DNA from: the human T2T-CHM13v2.0 reference genome, Homo sapiens | Direction: 5' to 3' (one strand) | Assembly (NCBI RefSeq): GCF_009914755.1 | Contig: NC_060930.1 | DNA length: 64,000 nucleotides | Part shown: positions 27,336-41,879 of the stretch, piece by piece | How the letters are laid out: each line of letters starts with the position of its first letter | How positions within the stretch are numbered: the stretch's first letter is position 1 | Notes under the pieces: generated by a model | Database searches by the model: none | What the model saw: the letters and a program-made list of their open reading frames with translations, nothing else | Told to the model about the DNA's origin: nothing | Position numbers and translations under genes: made by a program

Positions 27336-28695
27336 TTGTAATATACTGTGATTATTTTGCAGCTGGGGAATGTTTCTCCAATTTTATATATAGAAGTCAA
27401 TGGGGAAAACAAAATAAGGATTTTTTGCGGGGAGTGGGGAATTCACTTTGTAGTCCAGAGATGCTTCAGTGTAGGTGGAAAATGACACTTCTGTTTCAAG
27501 AGAGTATCTGAGAATCTTGGAGCATTTCTGAAGCAAGCAATTCATAAGAAAGTAAACCTCTCTGATAAATCAAGAAATTCTTAAGTTGAAAACCTATTTA
27601 TCTCATTTTCTAAGTGCTTAGATAGGCTAGTAACATTATTTCCTTGTTATTCAGATTTGGTCACTTCTCTTAAACTCACTGTTCTTTTAGAAATTTAAGC
27701 AAAAGATATTGTGGCTATCTCTATTTATCTTTGTCCCCTACCATCTTCTCAATCACTGTTCCCAGAGTTGGAGACAGGAATGTAATTTAAGAGTACATCA
27801 GATTTCATGAGGAGGATTGAAAGGAAGTTTTTTTTGTTTTCAGGGTACATAGTATCTGATCCTATGGGACGTTTTACCTTTACTTCATTCTCTGCTTTTT
27901 TTCCCCTCTTTTATACATGGTTATTTAAATCCTGAATAGGTTGGATTTTCAGAAAGCAAAAAATGCTTAGGTACAACCTATTATGTAGCTTGGAGGGAAG
28001 AGCGTATGAGAATGGTGTGCAGCATCATTTAGGAAACGCTTTTCAGATTCAGTACTTATTTTTCTGGTCACACCTCAAAATGAGGCCATGTAATTTGCTT
28101 TTAGTATCTCTAAATGCTTGTTTTAAGAGAAGTTTCTAATCAGAAGAAAGTCTGGATATAATGCTCGTGTTTTTTGGCATATATTTGCTGAATCTCACTG
28201 ATGCAGTTTTCAAGGTCCTCTAATGTGAATTCTTTAAAAAAAATTTTTAAATAGCTGTTTTGCAGCACAAATCCTTGCAATTTAGGCCATTTAGTAACTC
28301 TGTATGTCTGAAATTTAGTTTTAAAGCTGGAATTCTATTGGGAATTTTCTAGATTGGCAAGAAATGTCTATTTCAACCTAGCATTCTATACAATATGGGA
28401 TTTGCAAAAGTGATAAAAACAAAAAACACAGATGTTGCCATTAAAAGGCAGAGTTTCTATACTTTAAATTGTGGATAACACTACACGCATTAGGATGAAT
28501 GTATGTATTTCTTAAGTTCCTGTTTTATAGACTACTTACAGCCAACTTTTATTTTATTGCTGTTTTACTTTATCTATAATACAAGCAAGCTGGAACTTCG
28601 TAAGCACACATTAGTTTTTGTGCTCAAAAGCCTTGTCTTGATACTCTAAAAAAAGCTGATTGCATACAGTCAATACCATTTGGACCACCACTTAC

Positions 28696-28850
28696 CTGCA
28701 ATGTACAACGATGGGGCCAGCACTGGGAGGGTTTGATAACTTGACTCGCCGGATAAAGGAAAGCAGCCCTGTAGCATGGTAGGGCACTCCATGGTCAGGC
28801 CAGCCCGTGAAATGGAACTGTTTAACTTCACGGATTTCATTGTACCCCCT
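28696..28850 (-). CDS. PTPRK: D1 exon (155 nt): [51 protein letters not shown](S)
   Basis: WPD loop and catalytic VHC; ORF 28692..28919; canonical splice sites. Confidence 0.98.
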
Positions 28851-30039
28851 CTGTGCAAAGATGGAAAGAAATGTTTTCAAAAGCCATTTTAATGGCCAAA
28901 ATAAAGCCATTAAACACAATTATGGGTACAGACCCAACTGACAATGATAACAATAAAACCTTTACGAAAGACTATGCCTTTTCTTAAAAAAAAAATATAA
29001 TAAAATGAAGGCCTAACATGGACTAGGAGCTTACCTTTATTGTCAGACAACTGCCAAAGAAAGAAAATTATAAGTCTTGCTCAGTTCTAAAAGTCTGGGT
29101 AAATTTTATTTACTTTGACAGCTTGTTTCTTGCTGGGAGTGACAACACATTAAATTATTAGGGGAAAAGAAGGAAATGGGAAAGCTAAAATGCTGCCCCA
29201 TTGACCCAATGCATTGAGTTCTCAAGTGGTGTATAAAAGCAACTTTCCAGCTTCTCACCTCACAAAGAGATTTTAATGCCTTGCTTATCCATGTTGAAAA
29301 TGGTTTTGAAGCATAGCATGTAGGGATTTTCCAGGACAGTGCTGCTCTAGATTGGCTTGTGAAAATATACAGGCAGCTAAACTGTTCTTTGGGCAAACTA
29401 TTTTTCTTAGCTCTGTGAAATAATTCAGCGCAGTATTATTTATAGTAACAAAAATACAAAATGAAAGAAGTGAAGCATCTGCTGTTGTGCTGCTCTCCTA
29501 TTGGGTTAATTTAAGAGAACCCTGTAAATGCACATTTCAAAGCTTTTTCCTTCCTTTTTTTAGAAGAAGTCTGTAGACTGAGGTAGCACAGCTTGGAAGG
29601 TATAGATGAAATATTGCCGAATTTATTTTTAAGAACTCACATTTGTAGCAAAAGGAAAAAAAATCCCACTATAATCTATATAATTCAAATTCTACTGTGA
29701 ACTATCTGTGAACTATCAATCTCACTTGTTCAATCAGAAAAGGTAGACACATTACATGAAATAAACAAAACTGAGAAAAACAGTTTATCTTTAGATTCAA
29801 TCTTATACAAACCAATACCACCAAAACCTTGGAAGTTAGTGATCATTTCTTAAAGGTTTTCTTAATTCCAATTCCTAGCACAATACCCTACACAAAGCAG
29901 GGATCATCAATAAATAACTGTAACAATCACAATGATAAGCATCACCATGGAATCACCCCAATGGAAAATCACCTTTTGCTACTTTTCAACTCTAGTGAGG
30001 AAGGTCAAAAATTGTTTCATGGCCTGATTTTAGGTAATA

Positions 30040-32960
30040 CTTTACTCCTTCTATATTAATTCTTTTATTGGAGTTGCTTAATAGGCCTTGCTCCCTTTAT
30101 CTTTCTATTACATGTATAGGGTTTGCTCTTTTTAGTACATTTTCATATGTCAGCACCTATTCCCTGATTTTTTTTTTAATTTTTCTGAATGATTTTCAAA
30201 TATGTGGTTAAAAAAACAACCCCCCCCATTTTCTTGTTCTAAATAACAAGAAAAAAAAATCCAATGATTTTCCAAATAGGATTGTATTAAATCCATACAG
30301 TGATATTAATATCAAGTACTCCCATATTCTGGAACATGGTGCATGTCTCCACTCATTCACATATTATGCGTATCCGTAAGTACACTTTTGTGTTTTTATT
30401 AAATCAGGAACTATATCGTTCTTATTAAATATATTCTGAGATATTTTGGCACTTTGTATTTTTAAAGATTATTTAGTAATATTTTCTTACTTCTGTTTAT
30501 CACTAATATAAAGACAAGCTATAACTCATGAATATTTATGCAGATTTGGTCATTTAAATAAATGTTTATACATCCCATTTAAAAATATTATCCATACTTT
30601 TCTTGGTATAAATCCTTTCATCTTAAAATAATTTGTCTTTTCTAGTAGTTACACAGTTTATTCCTCTTGCTGCCTTATTTCATTTGCTAAAACTTCCAAA
30701 AATGTTTAATATTAGTGACACTGATTATCCACATAACATTCATGATTGTAGAAGCAGTAATATAATCTTTATACTAGTTTTTTATGATAAATGAATAGTC
30801 GTTAGTTCTTCATTCCTTAACATGGCTGCTACTAGGTATTGTTGAATCACCTTTATCATGTTTAGGATGCCTCTTAATTTCCCTAATTAGAGTATTACTA
30901 TAAATATTTTGAAAATAAAATTAAATGCATTAATCTATTAAAGTCATACAGTTTTGGTACTTTAATGTACTGACATAATGAAATATCCTGTTAAGATTTC
31001 CCACTACAGTTGAAATATTCTTGCATTCTTAGGGAAAAAATAATAGGTCATGTAGTGATATTTTCTTAATTCACTACTAGATCCAAATTTTCAATATCTT
31101 ATTTTGAATTTTTTCATGTTCTTGAATGAAATTGGTCTGCAATATGTGTGTGCATGGGGAAGAGAGGAAGAGGGGGAAGAGAGGAAGAGAGAGAAGAAAG
31201 ACATCATGAAAGAGGGAATGAGAGCTCCAGAGAATGCTATCTTTATCTGATTCTGTTATCATCATTATGCTAACCTTTTTTTTTTTTTTTTTTTTTGAGA
31301 CAGTGTCTCCCTCTGTCGCCCAGGCTGGAGTGCAGTGGCGCCATCTTGGCTCACTGCAACCTCTGCTTTCCCAACTCGGATGATTCTCTTGCCTCAGCCT
31401 TCCAAGTACATTATGCTAACTTTTAAAACATAGATATTAGCTATTCCTTAAAGTATAAAGGAACTTTAACTTTAAAACCATAGTGCAATTTTAATGATAA
31501 TAACAATCATCCTATTTTCTTCTACCATCTATTCATGCTTCTAAATCTTTGTGACCTAATTTTTGAGAATCAGCATTTGTCAGAAAATCCGTGTCCTAGA
31601 CTAAAAGTTATATTTTTAAGTTTATACATAATATTTTCCATAGCTTTTCTAATAGCAAGTATAATGGCTATGTCCCTCTGTGTTTTCTAATATTGTATAT
31701 TTTCATTGTACCTCATTTAGAATTAATAGTGGTTTAATTACTTTATTGATCTTTTCAATAAACAAGCTTTTTCTTTTTTCTCATTTGTTTCTTTTTTATA
31801 TTTAATTTTTCCTTTGTTCTATTCTACTTTTTCTGATTTTCCAATGTTATAATTTTTCACATGATTTCAGAGCACATTTCAAAACAGAAATCACTTATGA
31901 GTATAAATTTTTCTTACAGAATAATGAGGTAAATTTTGATGTAAAACTATTGATCTATATAATATAATTTTAGTTTTGAGGAAATCATTCAAGGATTATT
32001 CAGAAGAGGATTTGGTGACTTCTAATAGGCTAATTTCTGGGGTCACTGGTCAGCAGTTTGTCATCATTGCTTTCTATTGGATTTTGGCAATATCTCAACT
32101 TTTTGTTATGTATTCAGGTTTTCCTTATTACTAAGTTCATCATTGATTTTTACAAGACTTGTATGAACTTAAGAGACTGCATATTCCACATTTCTTTTTT
32201 AATAATATGAGCTAGTTATTCATTAAATCAAGCTTAATGGTTCTTTCTGAAATCTCCCATATCAATTGCTTATTTTATTCTACTTGATTTGTCTAAGAAA
32301 TTTTCATACATATTTTACAGTTACAATAATCATGATTATGTTGTTCTGTATAATGCTATTTCAACTTAATATTTTGCCTAATTTTTTCATGTTGGTAGGA
32401 TAACTCACAAGTATTTTTATAAAATACTATGCAATTATTTCTCTATTGTTGGGCATTTATGGTTATCTATAAGTTTTTAATACTATAAATGAAGTCATTG
32501 TATTTTAAATAAATTCCTTAGGAGAGATTCATGAAAGTTAACTTCTCAAAGGACATAAACATTTTAAAGCTCTGGAGATATACTGTTTTATTGATTTAAA
32601 GAAGGTTTGTAGCGATTTAACTATGATCAGTAATGTATAAAAATATGTTTCAACATACTCTAACAATCAATGAGGATTATTCTTTTTTAAAGTTCTTGCT
32701 GATTTGGAAGGACAAAATGGTATATAAGTACACTAGGTTAAACATTTTTAATAGGCTTGTTAACAATTGTGTTTCTTCAGAGATTCTAGTTTTTTTTTTT
32801 TTCTTCTACTGGTATTAACATTATAAATTAAGGACATTAATAAACAATCGCAAGGTTCTTCTGTCTGTATGTACCTTTGATATTTTTTTGTGCCACAGGT
32901 AATTTCACAATTTTGTGTGGTCAAATCTACCAAGCTTTACCACAAAATGTATTTCACTGT
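30040..32960 (-). mobile_element. Highly degraded old L1 fragments
   Basis: T-rich L1-antisense-like blocks (gggattgtattaaatc, gtggtcaaatctacca); boundaries uncertain. Confidence 0.45.
31275..31408 (-). mobile_element. 5'-truncated Alu (part of right arm)
   Basis: Poly-T, gagacagtgtctc...; 12-bp TSD cattatgctaac (31263-31274, 31409-31420). Confidence 0.9.
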
Positions 32961-32974
32961 TACTATATTTCACT

Positions 32975-33648
32975 TTAGTCTACTACACCAGCCACCTTAC
33001 GTTATTCTTTGCAATGTAACACTTGGAGTGATCCTTTTAGAAATAAAATTCAGACCATGTTATCCCTGAGCTCACAAACCCTACAATGGCAGCCTAACTC
33101 AATTTTAGTATGAACTAAAATCATCATGGCCTACAAGGCACCACTTATCCAATTTTGTGATTTCTCTGCCTTCATTTTGTATTTCTTTCCCCTTCACTTA
33201 TGGATATCTGCACATCTTGGCCTGGTGACTGTCTGGCATTCTAACAGCTTTACACATGCCTCTAGGCTTCTGAAATGACTCTCCCCTCTGTCAGAAACAT
33301 TATTGCCCTGGACATAACCCGTCACTCCCTCACTTATTTCAGGTCTCTACTCATATTACTTTCTCAACAATGAGTTTTTCTTTGATCATCCTTTCAGAAT
33401 TGTAAACCATTTCTTACCCTGCCTAAATAATATTCCCTACTTCCTTCCCCAACATTATTTTTCTCTATATCACTTGTCATGATGTATGATATATTAGTTG
33501 ATTTATTTATTTTTATTGCTGTCTTAATTCAATCGGCTCTAAGATCCACACGAGGCGATTTTAACATGTGTCCCAAGGTTTAGAAACATGTCTGGCACAT
33601 AGTAAACTCTCAAATAAACATTTGTGGAATGAATACATGAATGAATGG
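32975..33648 (+). mobile_element. L2 3' fragment
   Basis: Ends tggcacatagtaaactctcaaataaacatttgtggaatgaatacatgaatgaatg. Confidence 0.7.
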
Positions 33649-33743
33649 ATTTTATAGCATCATCAAAACAGAACTTGGCAAAGATTTTAAGAGAAAAAGC
33701 AGTTTTGATATCACTTTTTAAAATAGAATTTTAGAGTACTTAC

Positions 33744-33860
33744 CCTTTCCAGGGTGAATGTCCTAACTACATATTCAGCAAGTGGTTCCATTTCTACACA
33801 CGTTACTTTGAAGTCACCATAAACTTCAGTATCATCAGGCCAATATTTATAGCATTTAAC
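33744..33860 (-). CDS. PTPRK: D1 exon (117 nt): [39 protein letters not shown]
   Basis: KCxxYWP motif; cttAG|GTT ... AGG|gtaagt. Confidence 0.96.
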
Positions 33861-34268
33861 CTAAGTGACAAAAAGAATATATAGACAGACCTGAATATAT
33901 AATACTAATTAGCCAAGGTGATTTAATTCCAGCAATAACTCCTTGTCACAATTAAAACTCAGTTTAAAAATCTATAAATGAGAAAAAAATCTATTATACA
34001 ATAAACAGAGTTTATATAGTCTCACAAAAAATATACAAGCCTGATAATGCAGTTAGATTCCAGTACAAAATTAAAGCTTATTTTATTACTCAATGAGAAA
34101 TCAAATAATTTTTCAGCCAGTCAAGGTCTACTTAGAAGTACTCAACTAAAATGTTGTGCCTATAATTTTTTTTAAACAATTGGATGATATTCTATTTTGA
34201 GTGTCTTACATGTTGCTTCTCAACTATGTTCATTTTTATGACAAAAAAATTCTTTTTCTTCCTCTTAC

Positions 34269-34366
34269 CCGGCCAACCTCAACTAAATTTGTAACCATCA
34301 CAATGCAAGCAGATTGTTCTTGCCAAATCATCCTCCAGAAATCATACACTGTTTCATGAACGGGAC
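34269..34366 (-). CDS. PTPRK: D1 exon (98 nt): [32 protein letters not shown]
   Basis: DFWRMIW and IVMVT motifs; canonical AG/GT ends. Confidence 0.96.
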
Positions 34367-35647
34367 CTACAAAGAAATTAATTTGAATATTATGTTATCA
34401 AAGGAATTTTGTAGTTAGTAAGAAGTTTAGCTAAGATAAGAAGCAGAGTAAACTAAGTAATTCCAAAAAAGGTCTAACACAAAATGTCACTGAAAATACT
34501 TAAATTCAGTTCATATCTAAATTCCCACAATAGGCAAAAACACAGGCATATACAAGTTTTTTTTTTTTTTTTTTCAATTTGCCCTCTACACTTCCCAATT
34601 TAGAAGAAACTATCACTAGTTTCTTGGGTATTTATATTTGTCACTAAGTCACTTTAATGCATCTTCAAATATGTGTAAAAAATAGAACTCTTATACCACC
34701 ATCAACCAGACAGCATATATTACCAATTAAATAAGTGCCCACTATTTATAAATAGTGCATGTTTAGGGATCAATAAAAACATATCCTTACACGTAAGGAC
34801 ATATCCTAATCTTATCATAATATCTCCAAACTGCAAAAGCATGTGCTGGGCTGTTCTCTACCGAATACCATAAAACTGAATATTGTTCACCACTATGGTC
34901 GATCTTTCTAACTTTAAAGAGTACACAACTGAACTCAATTACTCCAAAGATATGTGAAAACACAGAAAAATGACCCCTGTTAAAAGAGTAAACCTAGCTT
35001 TTGTTTTACTTTCCTTTTATATAAAAAAGATGTACAGGTTTCTCTTCTGAGGGCCAGTAGTCAATTTAGAGAGATAACTACAGATGCTTTTTTTGTTGTT
35101 GTTATTTGGATACTTTTACTCCCCAGTGTACCACTATAACAAGATCTCTCTACTGTCTTATTATATTCCATGAAGAATTAACTTGACTAAATTCCATCTC
35201 TTTGTTTTGTCTCAGTCTTGACTCGTCAAAAAATTGCTCAGTATAACAGCTCATTATAACAATATTGGTCTTGGGTACTACTAACAAACTTGCTGCAAGA
35301 AGACAGGCCTCTTATATGAGACTTCTTTTTCCTTTCCTCAAAAATGAGTAATTCCTCTGACTGGCACTATTGACTAGTGCTCTGACCTATCTGTGTAACA
35401 AGGATCAAATCATAATAACCACTACCAGCTTTTCTTTCACTTTTAATTAAAAGTAAATCAAGCTTAAATTTATATAAGCTTTACACACACAATAAATTTG
35501 TACTATACAAATGAGTAAGGAGCAGTGTTAATCAGAAGGGCTGATTTTTTTGTTACTAAGATAAAATTTAAAAAATAATAAAAACCACCACATAGATGAA
35601 TAAGCAAGTTTGTTTTTTCTATAACATTTAACAAGGCAAAGTTTTAC

Positions 35648-35684
35648 CTTGGGTTGCAATGTAATGACTTGGTCTCTGGTAGCC
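35648..35684 (-). CDS. PTPRK: D1 exon (37 nt): GYQRPSHYIATQ(G)
   Basis: YIATQG motif; ttttAG|GGC ... CAAG|gtaaaa. Confidence 0.95.
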
Positions 35685-36640
35685 CTAAAATAAGAGAACA
35701 AATTAGTTATCATTTTACATCAATATCAGAAATAAATGAATGAAGGCATAAAAAGATGAAGACAACCACCTGTTAAGATTAAGTTATAATAAAAAGTCCA
35801 GAAATGAGTAGTGAACACATAGTTCACTTCTCAAACCTATGTTATCTGAAAGGTAAACATAAAACAAAAATTAAATATTTTAAAGGCTCTGATTAGAATA
35901 TATATTGTATAATTGATTTTTGTTTGCCATGGAATAACCTCATAGATTTTGTTTGGTTTCACTAAAATGTTTATGCCTTCATGTAAATGTTTAGTCATTC
36001 ATTCCTGGTAAAATAGTGTTTAAAAATATTAATTCTCATTTTATCATCCAAAAGTACAACACACTGCATTACAAATGGACGAGGACATATTAGAACCATA
36101 AAAAAATAACAGAACATTCCAATGTTAGAGCTGGACAATGCATGTGTGCATCCAATCAAAGTCCTGCTGAGATTTTTAGAGAATATTCCTGTTCTACAAC
36201 ACATTCAGGGATATGCAAAAACTATTTTGTGCGTGCTCACAATGTTAATTTACACACACATAATTATAGATACACACATATATATAGGGAAAGAAGAATT
36301 TTTAAAAATGCATCTTATCTTGAGCAAAAATTTAGTATTTTTTTTTTCAGTGTGCTAAAAGTTCTGTTGAGGAGGAATAGATTTTTAGTTGCTTTCAATT
36401 GGTTTGAATAACAACAAAGCATAAGTTGTAAAAATGTTGATGATATGATCCTAAGTTCTGAATTTGTTGCATATTTACCAATGAGCCTTAGTAAAAGTCT
36501 GTGGTACAATTTGTCCACATACTGGTGTGGGCAACTCAATACACATATAAATACATGTGAACTGAGATCTCCAACCTAAAATTTAATAGCATGAGTATTA
36601 CGTTATTGCAAATTTGGAAGATTTCAAATTTTTAATATAC

Positions 36641-36681
36641 CACAATGTTTTATGGAAAATAGCACAATGTTTTATGGAAAA
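36641..36681. repeat. 19-bp tandem duplication
   Basis: cacaatgttttatggaaaa twice, 22-bp period. Confidence 0.85.
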
Positions 36682-37379
36682 ATTTTTCCAAGCTTTATAA
36701 GTATTTCATTTCCACTTCTTAAAAAAAATACCAATTGCAGAAGTATATACTCATATCGTTTACATATAATGAACTAATGGGAGAGGGAAAATTATGAAAT
36801 TGTATAGAAATAGACCAAAATACACTGGGGTCTTAACAGAAAGACTAGATAACAAGTCTTATTTAAAATACAGTCCTACCATATGAACCATGAAATAATT
36901 TTATAACAAGGCTCCAGTGTACAAGTCCTGGCAGAAAACCCAGGTTAAACTAAATAGGTAAGAACAATTACAAATTTGTCATAGAACTGTTGATTTTTTT
37001 ATTCTAAAAATTAGACCATTAGCTTAGTTTTACATAATGATGTTTGATAAATTTATATAATGAATAAGAGTAAGATTATGATCAGAAATTGAACTCATAT
37101 ACTCATATACTATGCTTTATAAAATATATTAGTTCAACTAAATACATAATGACAATTCATAACTCTAAAATGTGAACCTAATAAATGTAATGAAAATTAT
37201 TTCCTATTTATGGAAATTATAAAATGTTGGGTCCTAGGTTTCATACCTTTTAGGTCTATAAAAGTATACATATGCTACCATTCTTAATACCTCCACCTTT
37301 TGTCTTATAATTATACATATTGTGAATCAATTTAATTATAGCACACCTAGATTTTAATTGTAAAAAAAATAGTTGAAGT

Positions 37380-37570
37380 TTAAAGAGTGCTAAATATATG
37401 CTAGGCATTGGGCAAAATGCTCAACATGCATTACTTCATTGAATTCTCACAACAAAGTGATGAGGTTAGTACTGTTATTATTATCCCCACTGCAAAGATA
37501 AGGAAACTGAGGTACAGAGAGAGAAGTAACATTCCCAAGATCTCCAGGGTGATTATGAACCAGGTCTTCC
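37380..37570 (-). mobile_element. MIR
   Basis: tactgttattattatccccac...gataaggaaactgaggtacagagag. Confidence 0.7.
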
Positions 37571-38223
37571 TTATAGGTAATGTAATATATTGCCCTTTAA
37601 GAATATTCTATATTTTGTTTGATAATTACTTCCTTTAAATAAAGAATTTCCATGTAGATATGTATGTAATCAAAATTTAACAGTGAAATATATGATCAAA
37701 GCAACCTTTTTCATTTCTGTGATTCGATATATATGTGTGATATGTGTATTTTACAATTGAAATTTAGTAATTATTTTGCCTGAGTAATTTTATTACTTTA
37801 AAAGCCAATACAACACATCACAAAATAGTCTCCCTACTCATTTTAACGTCAGAAGTCAAATGTAAAAAGTAAAATTTCAGTAACACTAATACACATCATA
37901 CTATCCAGCTTCTCACATATGTTTAGGGAAGGGTAAGAATAAAAGCCAGAAACAGAAATCATCAACAAATAAAACTCGAGTACATAATAAACTGTCAAAG
38001 CTAAAAATGGTCCTGTTTTTCTACACAAGAAAAGGGAAGGTGGTAAAATAGATCTTTATGCATGTGAAAGAATTACAAAAAAACGAACAGAGATATATTG
38101 TATGAAGCTAATTAGGTGAAGCATGCAGAAATAACTAGTAGTAACAGAGCGTTAGTAATAACTGTAATTAAGAATGTTTGTATTTATAATAGGGTGCTGT
38201 TATTTACATATAGTGGTACTTAC

Positions 38224-38241
38224 ATCCCTGTACAGCCAAAT
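38224..38241 (-). CDS. PTPRK: Alternative 18-nt microexon IWLYRD inside D1
   Basis: tttgggctgtAG|ATTTGGCTGTACAGGGAT|GTAAGT; phase 0-0. Confidence 0.85.
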
Positions 38242-38436
38242 CTACAGCCCAAACCAAAGTCAGGTGTGAAAGAAAGCACAACAATGTCAGTAAGTACTAG
38301 GACGCAGAACAAGGAAAAGTGTACAGTTTGTACTTTTATATTTTAAAAAGCTAGCAATCACTTTATAGGTAATAAGCAAAAAGGTTCATATATATAAGCC
38401 AATAAAGTAGACATACTTAACTATAAAAATACTTAC

Positions 38437-38513
38437 ATCAATATAGTTGGCATTAATATAATCTGAGGAAGGATCATCCTCTACGGGTTGCAAAATCACT
38501 CTGGAGTGATCAT
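38437..38513 (-). CDS. PTPRK: D1 exon (77 nt): (Y)DHSRVILQPVEDDPSSDYINANYID
   Basis: DYINAN PTP motif; ttttAG|ATGAT ... GAT|gtaagt. Confidence 0.96.
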
Positions 38514-39435
38514 CTAAAATTTTAAAATAATAAATATAAGCTGTTAAATTTTCCCCCTGTTCTGAGACAATGTCATTGGTAGAGACTAAAGAATTCAGTG
38601 GTTGCCCATAGTCTATCCATAGTATACTACTACCAAATCAGTCCTTTGAAGAAATATAAGAATGTTAGTGAACCTTGCTATTACACTTATAATATTGTGT
38701 GACTTAAGCTTCACTGACTTGAACCTTCATAGTTAGTGTTTAGGAGACATGAAATTGTCTGGTAAGTAATCATTTGAGTCATAGAATTGTCTACATAACT
38801 GAACTAGACTTAACTTCTAATTTTGCTTTTTAGTCATGACTTTAAACGGGTTGGATCCTTTTCTTCTGCACTTTACAGCAAATGAGCCACAGAATTAAAA
38901 AGTGAATTTTGAATTCCCGCTCTCAGTTTCTTACTCCCTGAGAATCAAGGTTAGATTTTGAGCTATTCATAAGATACTTTAAAATAATTTAAATTCAGAG
39001 CAGAGTGGTCTAGGTAAATCAGCAGCTAGTTACAAGTTAAACTATCTGCTACTTTCTTTACTGATCCTGTGGTTTTGTCTGATAATGACTTTATTATCCC
39101 GTGTATATCTTGAGGACTTACTCAGGAGGAAGTCCCTAACGATAAATAATATCGAACAACTGGAGTTTAGACAGTGGCTCCAAGTAAGAATTAAAGGCAC
39201 GTGGAAAGAATAACACCCCAATCTTGAATATGTTTGATGGAAGTGTTAAAACAATTTATAACTGAAAAGATCTTACTTTTTCATTATCCTGATAGTCTCA
39301 GCTGTTCAGTAATACCCCATGCATTTATGTACAAACATGAAATCAAACAGCAAGTTATCTCCACAGGGTGAAGTGGCTGAGTCAATTTAATTAATGAGGA
39401 TGATGACAATTTCAGAATCACTGCTAATAGCCAAT

Positions 39436-39829
<394 letters not shown>

Positions 39830-39875
39830 TAAGCATATAATATTTACATTCACCAAGAATTGAATGGGAACTTAC

Positions 39876-39963
39876 ATGCTATAATGTTTCCATATCGGTT
39901 TTTTGCTCTATTTTGATCTTTTTTAGCTACATCCCAAGATGCTGACTGTCCTTCAAAAAAGCT
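39876..39963 (-). CDS. PTPRK: D1 exon (88 nt): [29 protein letters not shown]
   Basis: KNRY pTyr-recognition motif; ttcccAG|AGC ... GCAT|gtaagt. Confidence 0.97.
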
Positions 39964-41694
39964 CTGGGAAAACAAAACGAATAAGCAGACTGAATTTAAT
40001 TCCTTTTTAAAAATCAGGTTTATCTGTTCTGAAGCCCCAAATAGTAAAAACCACTTTCTCAGAGAGGAAAGCAGTCCTACAGTAGTAAACAAGTTTCATT
40101 CTCAGACCTCAAAGCCGCTTTGTTGGATTCATACTTGTTCATCTTAAATTGGATTCAGGTCAAATTAAAGACAAAAAAATAACTTTAGAGAAAAAAAATG
40201 GACCTTGAAAGTATTTTAAAATTAAGATCACTATAATGAGAAGTAGAAGTAGCAAAGTATCATTCTTTTCAAAACGTATTGAATGATAATGCATCAAAAC
40301 TGCAAAAAAGCTTTTAATGAGTATCTTTCAAGTGTGCATCATTTAGCATTTATAACAGTAGAAAGAAAACCTGCTTCCCTCCATAATTATTCATTAAATT
40401 GTGTGCAATACATCGCATCTGAGTTTCTTTGAAGATCATGAAAAAGAGTGAGTCTTCACAACAAGGGACCATATAAAAATTAAAATAGAGTCCCCTTCTT
40501 CAAGAATCTGGGAACAGAAGAATTTGTTGACTAGTTTAATTACTATATGCAGCAATTTAAAACGGGTGTAAATTTCATTTTGCAAAAGAACTTAAACTTT
40601 GCTCAACACAGGAAACGGGGTCTTCAAAGAGCCCAGTGGTCTTTGAAGCAAGGTACACAGGAGTACACATGAAATGAACAAAAAGAACCAGCTCTGGCAG
40701 AATAGTCTAATTCCTTGTACTTATTTTGTTACCACGGCAGTGTTTCTGGCATATATCTAAAATCAACTTTCAAAATTCAGAGATAATTAACACTCCTAAT
40801 TTAAGGTATACAGGTAATCCATAGATAAAATATGGAGTTTAAAAGATTCTTCATGAAATTGGATGTATTTTGGATGGCCTTTTCAAAGCAAAATATTACT
40901 TGGATTCTTTCACTTTAAATGTGTGCATACTGTGATGTGTTCATGGGTAGTGGACTGGCTTCCTTCCATGCCCCAGATTGGTATTTCTCAGTAAGTGAAG
41001 GGTGGCAAAGGAACTATTTTCCTTTTGCTATATTATGTTTGTTGGAATGTTTGGTTTTAAATCATTGCCTTTGTGAGATAAGTCCTGGTATTTTGGTTTG
41101 AGTAGGAAGGGGAAATAAGGTTGGAAGAAGAATTTCCCACTGCCTTCTTTTGGCTTCTCAGTGTTGTTTACTAGATTTGCATTGCTCTATTTTTTTTCTC
41201 AGCCACCCTCAACCAATAATCCATAAAATTAAACTGAGAGTGGCAAGTAGTATATTTAGAGCACAAAGCTTCATCTGATTTCTCAACCATAAGGTCAACA
41301 AAAAAAGGGGCAGAGAAGTACCTGCTACTTGATTCATTCAAATGATAGAATCTGCAATGGAACAATGGGACCCAAAGTGTATTGCTACTTGATTTTTGCA
41401 TGGGGAGATACGCAAAGTGTTTTTTTTTAATACCATAGTAAAATAAATTACGGAATCCAACATTAAAGATTCTTGTAATAAATTTAGACTCATATATCTC
41501 TGGGAAGTGCTTTTTTCCCCATTCCCTTCCCATTCCCAGGTACACACACTTGGTTGTACACTCATAAACACTAGATTAGAGAGCCTATAGAACAATCCCC
41601 TCCTTGTTGTGTTAAAGAGAGGGAAAAAAATGCTAAATTCCACTGAGTATCATAGTTAAAAATCAAATTCAATACAGTATCAAAACTTATTCAC

Positions 41695-41879
41695 CTCATA
41701 TTCCTCTTTGAACCCATAGCTGTCTGATGTCTTCATGAGATTAATGTGCTGCAGTAAATCAGCTACCCTGATGGCTGGATGCAGCTGTCCTGTCTGGTAA
41801 GGGGATTCCGTCCCCTCACAGAGGTAGCGAGGTACGTCTAGAAGGCGACTGGACTCTGCTGTAGCACTGTGGTTCTCAT
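41695..41879 (-). CDS. PTPRK: Exon (185 nt): (Y)[61 protein letters not shown]
   Basis: gccAG|ATGAGAAC ... GAG|gtgaat; ORF 41680..41886. Confidence 0.97.
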
